From Alphaproteobacteria bacterium (GTDB lineage: Bacteria > Pseudomonadota > Alphaproteobacteria > UBA828), in contig CBDCCI010000002.1 in assembly GCA_965214705.1 (NCBI GenBank), forward strand, positions 2,560,001 through 2,624,000: 64,000 nucleotides of DNA, in the 5' to 3' direction. This document shows, piece after piece, positions 10,068 to 19,976 of this stretch. A model generated the notes under the pieces. It was given only the letters and a program-made list of their open reading frames with translations, was not told the DNA's origin and ran no database searches. Numbering within the stretch: position 1 is the first letter of the stretch; the number at the start of each line of letters is the position of its first letter. The position numbers were made by a program, and so were the translations under genes.

Positions 10068-11012
10068 ATGTCGGACAAGATCGCGATGGTCGGCGCCGGC
10101 CTGGTCGGCAGCGCCTGGGCGATCGTCTTCGCCCGCGCGGGCCACCGGGTCGCCCTCTACGACGGGACCGAGGGCCAGTGCGAGGCCGCGCTCGCACGCA
10201 TCGAGACCAACCTCAAGGCCCTCCAAGGCCACGGGCTGATCGAGGATCCCGCGGCGGCGCGAGCGCGTATCTCCATCGCCGCGGGCCTCGCCGATGCCCT
10301 CGACGGCGCGGCCCACGCGCAGGAAAGCGTGTTCGAGCGCGCCGACGTGAAGCGCGCGGTGTACGAGCAGATCGACGGCGTCGCGGGGCCGGAACTGGTC
10401 GTGGCGTCCTCCTCCTCCGGCATTCCCGCCTCCACCTTCACGGAGGGGCTGGGGATCGGCCCGCGCTGCCTGATCGCGCATCCCATCAACCCGCCCTACG
10501 TGATCCCGCTCGTCGAAATCGTGCCGGCGCCCTGGACCGAGGAAGAGACGGTCACGCGTTGCTGGAAGTTGATGGAGGCGGCCGGCATGGAGCCGGTACG
10601 GCTCACGCGGGAGATCGACGGTTTCATCGCCAACCGGCTGCAGGCGGCACTCCTGTGGGAGGCCTTCCGCCTGCTGGAAGGCGGCTACGCCACGGCGAAG
10701 GACATCGACATGACGATCTCGGCCGGCCTCGGCCGCCGCTGGTCATTCATCGGGCCGTTCGAGACCATCGACCTGAACGCACCGGGCGGCCTTGCCGATT
10801 TCTGCGCGCGACTCGGCGAGGGCTTCTACGAGTTCGTGAAGCAAGGCGAGCCGGCCGAGCCCTGGTCGGACGCGGTGGTCGCTAAGGCGCACGAGGAGCG
10901 GCGCGGGCAGCTGCCGATGGCCGACCACACCGGGCGCCAGGCATGGCGCGACCGCCGCCTCATGGGCCTCGCCGCGCACCTCCGCGACGCCCGCCGCGAC
11001 GTCGGGGATTAG
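10068..11012 (+). CDS. 3-hydroxyacyl-CoA dehydrogenase family (L-gulonate/carnitine dehydrogenase-like)
   Basis: GAGLVG Rossmann motif, AHPINPP, GFIANRLQ, GPFETIDLN. Confidence 0.88.
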   Translation: MSDKIAMVGAGLVGSAWAIVFARAGHRVALYDGTEGQCEAALARIETNLKALQGHGLIEDPAAARARISIAAGLADALDGAAHAQESVFERADVKRAVYEQIDGVAGPELVVASSSSGIPASTFTEGLGIGPRCLIAHPINPPYVIPLVEIVPAPWTEEETVTRCWKLMEAAGMEPVRLTREIDGFIANRLQAALLWEAFRLLEGGYATAKDIDMTISAGLGRRWSFIGPFETIDLNAPGGLADFCARLGEGFYEFVKQGEPAEPWSDAVVAKAHEERRGQLPMADHTGRQAWRDRRLMGLAAHLRDARRDVGD

Positions 11013-11034
11013 GCGGGGCACTCCCGACAACCGG

Positions 11035-11883
11035 CTATCCGTAGTTATAGCCGGTGAGTTCCTCGCTCAGCTCCCACAAGCGCTGCCCGGTTTCCTCTTC
11101 GCGCGAGACGAGCGAGCTGGTGGTTTCGCGGCTCTTGTCGAAGTAGCGGCCCGACACGCCCTCGACATCGGCACCGGCCGCAACATGGACGCTGGTGCGC
11201 GCGCCGGCCTCCACGTCGATCGCGGAGAAGCGCATCAGGGTCTTCAGAAACGTGGAGAAGAGCCAGCCGTTGTTCTGGCCGAACTGGCTGGCGACGAAGC
11301 CAGGGTGCAGGCAATTCGTCGTGACGGGTGTCTCGGACAAAACGGCCGCGAGGCGATAGGTGAAGAGGATGTTGGCGAGCTTGCTCTGCTGATAGGCGCG
11401 CCAACCGCTGTAGCGCTTCATGCCCTGCGGGTCTTCCAGGTCCATCTGTCCGCCACGATGGGCCTCGGAGGCCACGTTGACGATGCGGGCCGCGGCGCTC
11501 GCCTTCAGATTCTCCAGCAAGAGCCCGGTCAGCAGGAAGTAGCCCAGATGGTTGAGGGCGAAGGTCATCTCGATCCCGTCGACGCTCTCGCGCCGGCGGT
11601 TGAATATGGCGCCGACGTTGTTCACCAGCACGTCGATGGCGGTGCCGCCCTCGGTGAGGCGCTTCGCCAACGCCCTGATCTCGGCCTGACTCGATAGGTC
11701 CGCCTGCTCGAAGCGCACGCGGTCGTTGCGGGACGAGCGGCGAATCGCCTTGCAGACCTCCGCGCCCTTGGCGGCGTTGCGCCCGACGAGCACGACCTCG
11801 GCTCCCCGTTCGGCCAGCGCCCGCGCAGTGACGCGGCCGATCCCGTCGGTCGCGCCGGTGACGATGCAGAGCTTGCCTTCCAT
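11035..11883 (-). CDS. SDR family oxidoreductase (retinol dehydrogenase-like)
   Basis: TGATDGIG, NNVG, FALNHLGYF, YQQSK; ATG at 11883 after GAGGAGGAG. Confidence 0.9.
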   Translation of the reverse strand: MEGKLCIVTGATDGIGRVTARALAERGAEVVLVGRNAAKGAEVCKAIRRSSRNDRVRFEQADLSSQAEIRALAKRLTEGGTAIDVLVNNVGAIFNRRRESVDGIEMTFALNHLGYFLLTGLLLENLKASAAARIVNVASEAHRGGQMDLEDPQGMKRYSGWRAYQQSKLANILFTYRLAAVLSETPVTTNCLHPGFVASQFGQNNGWLFSTFLKTLMRFSAIDVEAGARTSVHVAAGADVEGVSGRYFDKSRETTSSLVSREEETGQRLWELSEELTGYNYG

Positions 11884-12691
11884 CGCTCGTCTCCTCCTCG
11901 TCCGTCCCTGCTGTTTTCGCGTCAGCTTGGCAGCGGGAGGCGAAGGGTCAAGCGGCAAGCGCGGAAGCGGGGAAGGTCGTTCGACAAGTGTCGATCCAAC
12001 GAAATGTGCAGCAACCGAGGGAGCATTCCTGAAGGGTCACGATCAAGACCGGGTCGCGTTGTTTGTCGACGCCAGAGTGAATGCAATCGATCTGCCTTCC
12101 GGCAGAACCGCAGATGAACGTGCCGCGCAGGGAAGGTGCGCGAACGAGTTTCGCACCCCTCACCGTCGCGAGGTTTCCGCTTCGACCAGCTGTCGGGTGA
12201 GAGTTAATCGGTCCCTGCACTTACAGACGTACCTGAAATTCCCTCAGGGTCCGAAGTCATCTCTTTTCGGAACCGCCTCCGGCCCGAGGTGCCACCACCT
12301 TGCCTGATGACCTTGCTCGATTTTGGAAGCAGGGTCATTAGAAAATCCAATATGGAATCAGTCTCTCAGCAAACACAGCTGATGCCTATCTCGATATAAC
12401 GAGTATTCCTCCTGATATGTTGCCGCTTTAATTATATCGAGACCGCAGCGAATTAGTAAGCGCTGCGAGCGCCCCACCTTACGGCTTTCTCTGTGATGAG
12501 GTTCGATGATCCTCTGGCTGTGGAGGATCATGCGATGGATGGTTTCGATATTCTGCGTGGGTCGGTTCCGCGACAAGCGAAGGAAGAGGTTGGCGACGAG
12601 GACGAGGCAAGCAAGGCCTCGGAGGGTTCGCAGGACGGCGCGCGTCAGCGAGAGTGGTCGGACGAAGAGAAGGCGTGGATCGTCCAAGGTT

Positions 12692-12733
12692 AAGGGTTGG
12701 GCAGGCTCTCTCTCGAGAGCCTGCCCAACCCTT
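12692..12733. repeat. Perfect 19-bp hairpin at the IS91-like end (oriIS-like)
   Basis: AAGGGTTGGGCAGGCTCTC-tctc-GAGAGCCTGCCCAACCCTT. Confidence 0.8.
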
Positions 12734-12995
12734 TTGAACGAAGCCGCGGGCCACGAGAGGCGAAGTTGAGCTATGTGGAAAGTGCGCTGATGTCAGCGTC
12801 AGGCGGCATCCACCGGCAGCAGAGTTGCGCATAAAATCGACGCTCGCGCCGGTCTTTCGGCAGGCATGCGGGCGCACGCTGCGAGGACTGAGCGGGGTGT
12901 GAGCCGAGGGCTGTCAGCCCGGCTCAAGCGGAGACAGGTTCGGTCGTGCGTCGGCGCTTTGGCGCCGTTGCGCGGGGCCGAAGCGAGCGGGCGTC

Positions 12996-14237
12996 TCACG
13001 GTTTCCCCCTGTGGGTCGGCGGCAGCGCCGGCGGGCCGCGCGTCGAGCGGGGCTCATGGCGGCGGCGGATTTCGCGGACGAGGCGCATGACGCCGCCGCA
13101 GTGGGGGCAGGCCACGGGCGCGGTGCCGATCTCGGGCTCTTCGTCGGGCTCGGCCCGAGCGCCGTCCACGCTTCCCTCGGGGGCGGCGCAGCCGAGGGCG
13201 CCGAGAGCCTGGCGTGCTCTCTCCAGCGTGCTGGCGCGGCAGCCGTTGGCGAGGATGCCGAAGTAGCGAATGCGGTGCATGCCGTCCGGCAGGACGTGCC
13301 TCAGGAAGCGGCGGATGAACTCGTCGGCGCTCACGGTGGCGATGCCGTAGCGCGGCTTTCTCTGCCCCGGCGCCTTGGGCTTTCGGTGGCGGAAGGAGAC
13401 CGTCTCGCCGTCGAAGGAGACGATGCGGCTGTCGGAGATGGCGATCCTGTGCGTGTAGTGCGAGAGGTACCGGAAGACCTGCTCAGGCCCGCGGAAGGGC
13501 CGCTTGGCGTAGACCACCCAGTCCCTGGCCCGGGCGGCGGCAAGCGTGGCGTGGAACTCGCCGGGATTGGCGAGGTGGGCGAGGGTGCCGTGGAACTCCA
13601 GGTCCCCCCGGCCGTGGGCGCGGGCGAGCTCCTTGAGGAAGAGGCGGCGGAACAGGCTGCCGAGGACCTTGACGGGGGCGAGGAAGGTGGTGCTCCCCGT
13701 CTTCCACTCGCCACTGTCTACGTCGAAGCCCGCGTTGGGCACGACCACGTGCAGGTGCGGGTGGAAGCGGAGCTTCTGATCCCAGGTATGGAGGACCGCG
13801 GTGCCGCCGATGCGCATGCCGCCGTGGCGGGGATCGGCGGCGATGGTGCGCAGGGTCTCGGCGACGGCCCGGAAGAGGATGTCGAACACCACCCTGCGGT
13901 TGCAGAAGGCAATGGCGGCAACCTCCTTGGGCAGGGTGAAGACCACATGGAAGTAGGGCACCGGCAGGATGTCCCCGGCGCGCTCCTCGCTCCAGAGGTT
14001 GGCGGCGAGACCCTGGCAGGTGGGGCAGTGGCGGTTGCGGCAGGAGTTGAAGAGCGGATGCTCGCGCCCGCAGCCCTCGCAGGCGTACATGTGGCCGCCG
14101 AGCACGGCGGTGCGGCACGCCTCGATGGCGCCCATGACCTTGAGCCGGGCGGCGTCGATGCGCCCTTTGTGGCGCTCACGGAAAGCGGCGCCGGCGCGGC
14201 GGAAGATCTCCGCCACGCCCGCGCGTTCGGCCTCCAC
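12996..14237 (-). CDS. IS91 family (HUH/Y2) transposase
   Basis: Zn-binding CRT..CEGC..SCRNRHCPTC, HUH motif HPHLH, YxxxY motif YLSHY. Confidence 0.93.
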   Translation of the reverse strand: MEAERAGVAEIFRRAGAAFRERHKGRIDAARLKVMGAIEACRTAVLGGHMYACEGCGREHPLFNSCRNRHCPTCQGLAANLWSEERAGDILPVPYFHVVFTLPKEVAAIAFCNRRVVFDILFRAVAETLRTIAADPRHGGMRIGGTAVLHTWDQKLRFHPHLHVVVPNAGFDVDSGEWKTGSTTFLAPVKVLGSLFRRLFLKELARAHGRGDLEFHGTLAHLANPGEFHATLAAARARDWVVYAKRPFRGPEQVFRYLSHYTHRIAISDSRIVSFDGETVSFRHRKPKAPGQRKPRYGIATVSADEFIRRFLRHVLPDGMHRIRYFGILANGCRASTLERARQALGALGCAAPEGSVDGARAEPDEEPEIGTAPVACPHCGGVMRLVREIRRRHEPRSTRGPPALPPTHRGKP

Positions 14238-14243
14238 GCGCCG

Positions 14244-15122
14244 TCAGTTGCGCAACGCTGCGAAGCCTGAGATCGGGTGGTCGAGGCCCTCGAACATCTT
14301 GCCGGTGACGCGGGCGTAGTGACGGGTCGTGTTCGCGCTTCGATGGCCGAGCATGTCCCGGATCACCTCGATATCGCCGCCGCGCTCGAGGAGATGGGTC
14401 GCCGCCGAATGGCGCAGGCAATGGAAGGTGTAGCTGCGGTCGAGCTCGGCAATGTCGCGCGCCCTCCTGAAGGCGGCCTGCAAGGTCTCCGTTGCGATGG
14501 GCCTGTCGAGCGAGACGCCGTAGAAGAGCCAGTTCGTCGGACGCGGCCAGATGTTCCTGTAGTAGACGCGCAAGTAGTGGATGACGATGTCCGGCAACGG
14601 TGCCATTCTCTCGGTGCCGCCTTTGCCGGAGGGGATGTGCAGCAGCTTCTTCTCCGACAGGATGTCGCCGACCTTGATGGCCAAGGTCTCGGAGATGCGG
14701 AGCCCGCCGCCATAGCCGGTGACAATGGCAGCACGGTGGCGGAGGTCGGGTGTCGCAAGGATGAGGTGCTCGACCTCCTGCTCCGACATGTAGCGCGGCA
14801 GCTTGCCGGGCTTCTTGCGGGAGCGCAGGCCGGCGACATGGTCAGGCCAGCCGAGTGTGTCGATGTAGAGGAAGTTCAGCGCGGCGAAGGAGACGTTGGT
14901 CGTGCCCGGACTGAGCCCCTTGTCGATCCGCCCCAGGTACCACTGGCGCACCTGCTCGGCGTCGAGCTCGTCCGGCGAGGCGTCGTAGTACCTGGCCAGG
15001 TTCTTGATCTCGCAGATGTAGGCCTTGGACGTGCTCGCGGCCAGATTGGCGATGCGGAGCTGCTCCTCCATGCGCTGGCGAAGAGGGGTGACGGTGTTCG
15101 TGTCGCACGCGGTCCCGGTCAT
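14244..15122 (-). CDS. Tyrosine recombinase/integrase
   Basis: GLRISE, HCLRHS, LGH and TRHY catalytic motifs; ATG at 15122 after GGGAGA. Confidence 0.92.
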   Translation of the reverse strand: MTGTACDTNTVTPLRQRMEEQLRIANLAASTSKAYICEIKNLARYYDASPDELDAEQVRQWYLGRIDKGLSPGTTNVSFAALNFLYIDTLGWPDHVAGLRSRKKPGKLPRYMSEQEVEHLILATPDLRHRAAIVTGYGGGLRISETLAIKVGDILSEKKLLHIPSGKGGTERMAPLPDIVIHYLRVYYRNIWPRPTNWLFYGVSLDRPIATETLQAAFRRARDIAELDRSYTFHCLRHSAATHLLERGGDIEVIRDMLGHRSANTTRHYARVTGKMFEGLDHPISGFAALRN

Positions 15123-15637
15123 TATCGATCTCCCTGGATCGCGACGGCGCGCCGCCGGACCGATCCGGCGACGGTCCGTCGCAGGGGTCGATGCTAACCA
15201 CTGGTGATCGGGAGGCTGCTGGGGATCCGCCACCCGACGGGCGGAGCGCCACTGACGCAACCGGGAAGCGAACGCACAGAACAAACGGCACCCGCGACGC
15301 CTCGGAAATGAATGAACTCTACGCCGCTAACTCCGCGTAGCGGCTTCGTTCAAGAGAGTTTTGAGCGGGGGACGACCGTAGAGGAGGTGGCCGAGCGCCA
15401 CGGGGTACCCCCTCGTCGGCTTTCGTACTGGCGCAAGCTGGCTCGCAAGGGCGAGCTCGTGGTTCCCCCGGCGGCGCCGAGCGAGGGACCGTTTGCCACC
15501 GTTGAGGTGGAGTCTGCCCCCGCACCTGCCCATGTGGGCTCGGTCTCGATCGAGGCACGCGGCGTGACGGTACGCCTCGACGGCGACGTGAGCACGGTGC
15601 GCATCACGTCGATCGCCTCGGCGTTGCGAGCGCTTCG

Positions 15638-15991
15638 ATGATCGTTCCGGGCTCCGGCCTGCGGATCGTGGTGGCGACGCGGCCGGTTGATTTCAGGAAG
15701 CAGCACGACGGGCTTGCTGCGATCGTCGCGAGCGATCTCGGTCTGGACCCCTATTCGGGGCTTGTCGTGGTGTTTCGCTGCAAGCGCGCGGACCGGATCA
15801 AGGTGCTGTGGTGGGACGGCACGGGCTTGGTGTTGGCGCACAAGCGTCTGGAGGAGAGCCGCTTTGCCTGGCCCACGGTTCGCGACGGCACGATGCGTCT
15901 GTCGCGCGCGCAATTCGAGGCGCTGTTCGAGGGCCTGGACTGGCGCCGGGTGTGGAGCCGGCGGGCGCGCAAGCCGCTTGCGGCGGCGTGA
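15638..15991 (+). CDS. tnpB: IS66 accessory protein TnpB
   Basis: PVDFRK..DGL, KRADRIKVLWWDGTG, KRLE motifs. Confidence 0.93.
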   Translation: MIVPGSGLRIVVATRPVDFRKQHDGLAAIVASDLGLDPYSGLVVVFRCKRADRIKVLWWDGTGLVLAHKRLEESRFAWPTVRDGTMRLSRAQFEALFEGLDWRRVWSRRARKPLAAA

Positions 15992-16065
15992 TGCAGGGGC
16001 GGCACAGCCCACTTTTGCGCTCTCTCTTCTTTACTAAGTAGCTGATTCCGTGATAGTATTCTGCG

Positions 16066-17721
16066 ATGGAGACGGGCACCGGCAACGTCGATCTCGGCGC
16101 GCTCGCACGCCCCTACCGGGCGCTGTTCGAGGCGCAGCAGGCGGCTCTTGAGGCGCTTCGCGCCGAGAATGCGGCGCTGAGCGCTCGCAACCGCCGTCTC
16201 GAGGAGCAAGACCCGGAAGCGGCGGTCGAGACCCTGCGCGCCAAGGTCGCCTCGCTCACCGAGCAGAACCAGCGTCTTGAACATCTGCTCAACGAGTTGC
16301 GCCGGGCGATGTTCGGGAAGAAGTCCGAGAAGCTCCATCCCGACCAGCTCCTGCTCGCCTTCGAGGAGCTCGAAGGCGCGCTTGCCGAGGCCGAGGAAGA
16401 GACCCCGGCGAGCACGACGCGGCCGCCGCGCGCGAAGCGCCCCGCTGCGGAACGCAACATCGGTCATCTGCCGGCCCACTTGCCGCGCACCTACGAGGTT
16501 GTCGAGCCCGAGAGCAGGCTGTGCCCGTGCGGCTGCGGTGAGATGGTGAAGATCGGCGAGGACCGCACCGAGCGGCTCAACATCGTTCCGGCGCAACTTC
16601 AGGTCATCGTCACGATCCGGCCGAAGTACGCCTGCCGCAGTTGCGAGGAAGGCGTCACCCAGGCGCCGGCGCCGGCGCACCTCATCGAGGGCGGGCTGCC
16701 CACCGAGGGCATGCTCGCCCACGTGCTGGTGTCGAAGTTCGCGGACCACCTCCCGCTGTACCGGCAATCGCAGATCTACGCCCGCTCGGGCATCGAGCTG
16801 CACCGTTCGACGCTGGCCGAGTGGGTCGGCAAGGCGTCGTTCCACCTGCGGCCCGTGTTCGACTGCCTGAAGGGGGAGTTGAAGACGTCGAGCAACCTCG
16901 GCCTGGACGAGACCACGGTTCGGGTTCTCGACCCGGGCCGGGGCAAGACCAAGACCGGCTACATGTGGACGATGGCGCGCGACGAGCGGGCATGGTGCGG
17001 GGCCGATCCGCCGGGCGTGGTGTACGATTATGCGCCCAGCCGCAGCGGCAAGCATGGCGAGAAGCTGCTCGCGGGCTTCAAGGGAACGGTGCAGGTCGAC
17101 GGCTATTCCGGCCACAACCGGCTGCGCCGGCCGGATCGATCCGGAGGAGCACTGACGCTCGCGGCGTGCTGGGTCCACGCCAGGCGCGGCCTCAAGGAGG
17201 TGTTCGACAGCAACGCCTCGCCGATCGCCAAGGCCGGTCTGGAGCGCATCGCTCAGCTCTACAGGATCGAAGATAAGATCCGGGGCGAGCCGCCGGCGAC
17301 GCGCCAGTTCGTTCGATGGACCGAGTCCGCGCCGCTGGTGAACGCCTTCGGCGTCTGGCTCGACGAGCAGCGCTCGCTGGTCTCGCCGCGCTCGCGCCTC
17401 GGCGAGAAGCTGACCTACATCGCCAACCAGTGGGAGGGGTTGCTGGAGTTCCTGTACGACGGGCGCGTCGAGATGGACAGCAACTTCGTCGAGAACCGAA
17501 TCCGTCCGATCAAACTCACGGCCAAGAACGCGTTGTTCGCCGGCCACGACGAAGGCGCTATCTCTTGGGGCCGGATCGCTTCGCTGATCGAGACCTGCAA
17601 GATGAATGGGGTCGAGCCCTACGCCTGGCTCAAGAGCACGCTGGAGAAGATCGCCGCCGGCCACCCCCAATCCAAAATCGACGAACTCCTGCCCTGGAAC
17701 TTCGACCCGGCGTCAAGCTGA
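16066..17721 (+). CDS. tnpC: IS66 transposase TnpC
   Basis: FGKKSE, CPCG, SKFADHLPLYRQ, DET, VDGY, CWVHARR, DSNFVENRIR, LLPWN. Confidence 0.95.
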   Translation: METGTGNVDLGALARPYRALFEAQQAALEALRAENAALSARNRRLEEQDPEAAVETLRAKVASLTEQNQRLEHLLNELRRAMFGKKSEKLHPDQLLLAFEELEGALAEAEEETPASTTRPPRAKRPAAERNIGHLPAHLPRTYEVVEPESRLCPCGCGEMVKIGEDRTERLNIVPAQLQVIVTIRPKYACRSCEEGVTQAPAPAHLIEGGLPTEGMLAHVLVSKFADHLPLYRQSQIYARSGIELHRSTLAEWVGKASFHLRPVFDCLKGELKTSSNLGLDETTVRVLDPGRGKTKTGYMWTMARDERAWCGADPPGVVYDYAPSRSGKHGEKLLAGFKGTVQVDGYSGHNRLRRPDRSGGALTLAACWVHARRGLKEVFDSNASPIAKAGLERIAQLYRIEDKIRGEPPATRQFVRWTESAPLVNAFGVWLDEQRSLVSPRSRLGEKLTYIANQWEGLLEFLYDGRVEMDSNFVENRIRPIKLTAKNALFAGHDEGAISWGRIASLIETCKMNGVEPYAWLKSTLEKIAAGHPQSKIDELLPWNFDPASS

Positions 17722-17789
17722 AAAGCAGGGTGGGGCGCTCGCAGCGCTTACGCGAATTATTGCCATTTGGACTCCAAGAGTATACCACA

Positions 17790-18716
17790 ATGGACATGAG
17801 TCGCCGCGGGCCATACCGGATTCCGCCGACGAGTGCTCTGATCGCTTTCGAGAGCGCCGCGCGGCACGGCAATTTCTCGCGTGCCGCTCGGGAGCTGCGC
17901 ACGTCCCAATCCGCCATCAGCCGCCACATTGCGAGCCTGGAGCGGCAACTTTCCACTCGACTGTTCCATCGGTCGCGGACCGGGGTGAGCCTGACCGACG
18001 CCGGCAGCCGCTATCGTGACGCCGTCGCCATCGGCCTCGGCGCCATCCATGCGGGTGCTGCCGAAGTCGCCGAACTATCGTCTGTCGAGCAAGTGGAGCT
18101 GGTGATCGCCTGCTCCGACGAGATATCGCACCTTTTCGTGATGCCGCGATACGACGCGCTCCAAAAGGCGCTCGGCGATCAGGTTCGAATTCGGATTCTG
18201 ACTTACCAACATAACATTCGATACTTGCCACCAACGCCGGTCGCGGATGTCCTCTTGTCGTGGGATCCGGCAACCAACACCCCCGAGGACTGTGCGGTCA
18301 TACTGCAGGAAAAGGTGAGCCCCCTTTGCTCGCCGGGCTACGCCGCGCTTCATGCCGAAACACTCAGGCAGCCCGTAACCGATTGGAGCAAGTTGACGTT
18401 TCTCGATATTGCGCGGCCCAATGAGGGGTGGGCGTCGTGGGACGATTGGTTCGACGTCGTCGGGCGCCCCGGCTCCGAACCCAGGTACGCGAATTATGAC
18501 AACTACACGTACGTGCTGGAGGCCGCCGCTGCGGGGCAGGGCATTGCACTGGGCTGGCGTCATTTCATCGAGCGTTATCTTGAGTCCGGAGCGTTGATTA
18601 CTCTCGATGACAAATTTCTGGAGACCGACAATCGATTTTGTGCCGTGGTTACAAAGAAGGGGCGACAACGGCCCCTCGCTCGCAAATGCCTGAACTTTTT
18701 TGAAAAATGCATTTAG
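17790..18716 (+). CDS. LysR family regulator (GcvA-like)
   Basis: IPPTSALIAFESAARHGNFSRAAREL..SQSAISRHI HTH; AAAAGQGIALG. Confidence 0.9.
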   Translation: MDMSRRGPYRIPPTSALIAFESAARHGNFSRAARELRTSQSAISRHIASLERQLSTRLFHRSRTGVSLTDAGSRYRDAVAIGLGAIHAGAAEVAELSSVEQVELVIACSDEISHLFVMPRYDALQKALGDQVRIRILTYQHNIRYLPPTPVADVLLSWDPATNTPEDCAVILQEKVSPLCSPGYAALHAETLRQPVTDWSKLTFLDIARPNEGWASWDDWFDVVGRPGSEPRYANYDNYTYVLEAAAAGQGIALGWRHFIERYLESGALITLDDKFLETDNRFCAVVTKKGRQRPLARKCLNFFEKCI

Positions 18717-19437
18717 CGCTAATGTTGGAGTTTCAAATCGACCCAATCAGTTAACTCGTGCCCGAGAGAAAACGTTACAGACTTCGTCATCGTTTTACCA
18801 GATTCATGCCCGCATGCGGCCGATTCAGGAGAACTCTTCATTCCGGACAGACCCGACTTGGTAGTCGCAAATATTGATCCCACGATAGCGCTTTAGGCGG
18901 GGTCGAAAGCATCGGAGACTCCGAGGCATGACGAACCCGAAGGGTTGTAAAGAGCACGAATAAATCCCAGGGACGGTTTAGGAATATCGCCCAATGCCCT
19001 TCTGCGGCTCGTGAATCCGAATTGGGTCCGCTGAGAGCATGCAAGACCATTGAATGAACGCGTTCCCCGTGCAGGCAGGTACGCCGGCATTCGGTTGCCC
19101 ACCGCGTTTGGGAGGGACTGCCCGGAGAGGCGATCGACGACGAGAAGGAGGATCAAGTTTACTCTATCTGGGGATGACACACGTTAATTCTTGAGCAGAG
19201 ACTCGCCGCCTCGTCAGAATGCAGGTTGCCAACCGAGTGCCGGATAGGGTTAGGCTCGCCTTTGTGCGGCAGATAAGGCCGTACGCTCGCGCACCATCAA
19301 GATGTCAAGCCGATGCACGCTAATTCGCACGCACCAAAGCGCTTACTCGTGAGCGGCCGACGACGGCGCCCGCATCGGCAACGCAAACCTTACAGTTCGA
19401 ATCGCGCCGGTTGACGTGACCCGACGCGGTACTTTGG

Positions 19438-19863
19438 TTAGCTTGGCGAGGCGCCGTGGATGCGACCGAGCAACGGGCTTTGATGCCAGCAGACCTGAAG
19501 CCACTTGCCGTCCACGTGGTACCAAGTCTGGGTGAAGCCCATGAAGCGCTGCCGAAAGCCCGCGTCGCGCGGCTTGCCGCGGAAGGTCGAGAAGCCGCTG
19601 ACATGACCAGTCGTGCCCCAGACCCTGACGTTCAGCTCCCGCGGGATCCACTTGAAGTGCTCCCACAGCCCGGTGCCTCCGGCGTGAAAGTCGATATGGT
19701 CCTTGAACTCCTCCAGCGTCATCCGCCAGGGGTAATCCTCGTCCAGGATCTCGGCGCCGTCGTCGAAGGCACTCCAGAAGGCGTCGAGGTCGCCCTCGTT
19801 GAGCCCGCGCGCCCATGCGTGGAAGGCGGCTTCCAGCCCCGCCGCCGTGGCGTCCTGTGTCAT
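19438..19863 (-). CDS. NTF2/SnoaL-like (DUF4440-type) protein
   Basis: Short alpha+beta protein with GDLDAF...DGKWLQVCWHQS pattern; SD GGAGGAGG. Confidence 0.7.
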   Translation of the reverse strand: MTQDATAAGLEAAFHAWARGLNEGDLDAFWSAFDDGAEILDEDYPWRMTLEEFKDHIDFHAGGTGLWEHFKWIPRELNVRVWGTTGHVSGFSTFRGKPRDAGFRQRFMGFTQTWYHVDGKWLQVCWHQSPLLGRIHGASPS

Positions 19864-19976
19864 CGTTCCCCTCCTCCGGCCGTGCGTTGCGTTGCTGGAT
19901 GCACCTCACCACATGCACGCGCCAAACGCCAACGCCGGGAGCGGGGCGGCGCTCGGCCCGACGGCGGAGCGACCCG

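Larger units (their letters stand above)
12689..15354 (-). mobile_element. IS91-like element carrying a tyrosine recombinase
   Basis: Removal restores IS66 tnpA; CAAG at both junctions (12685-12688, 15351-15354); terminal hairpins. Confidence 0.88.
12535..15641 (+). pseudogene. tnpA: IS66 tnpA split by insertion (12535-12688 + 15355-15641)
   Basis: Halves rejoin in frame as ...REWSDEEKAWIVQ|ESFERGTTVEEVAERHGV..., a typical TnpA HTH. Confidence 0.88.
12456..17751 (+). mobile_element. IS66 family element containing a nested IS91-like element
   Basis: Perfect 23-bp TIRs GTAAGCGCTGCGAGCGCCCCACC (12456-12478 / 17729-17751); 8-bp target duplication GCGAATTA (12448-12455 / 17752-17759); tnpA-tnpB-tnpC. 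Confidence 0.95.

Noticed and set aside
12200-12350. Possible glycine riboswitch on the minus strand near the GcvA-like regulator
   Set aside because: Only scattered TCAGG words; conserved GGAGA and CCGAAG core elements not found
14244-15122. Integrase as marker of a prophage, ICE or integron
   Set aside because: It lies inside the IS91-like element boundaries; no att or attC sites or phage genes
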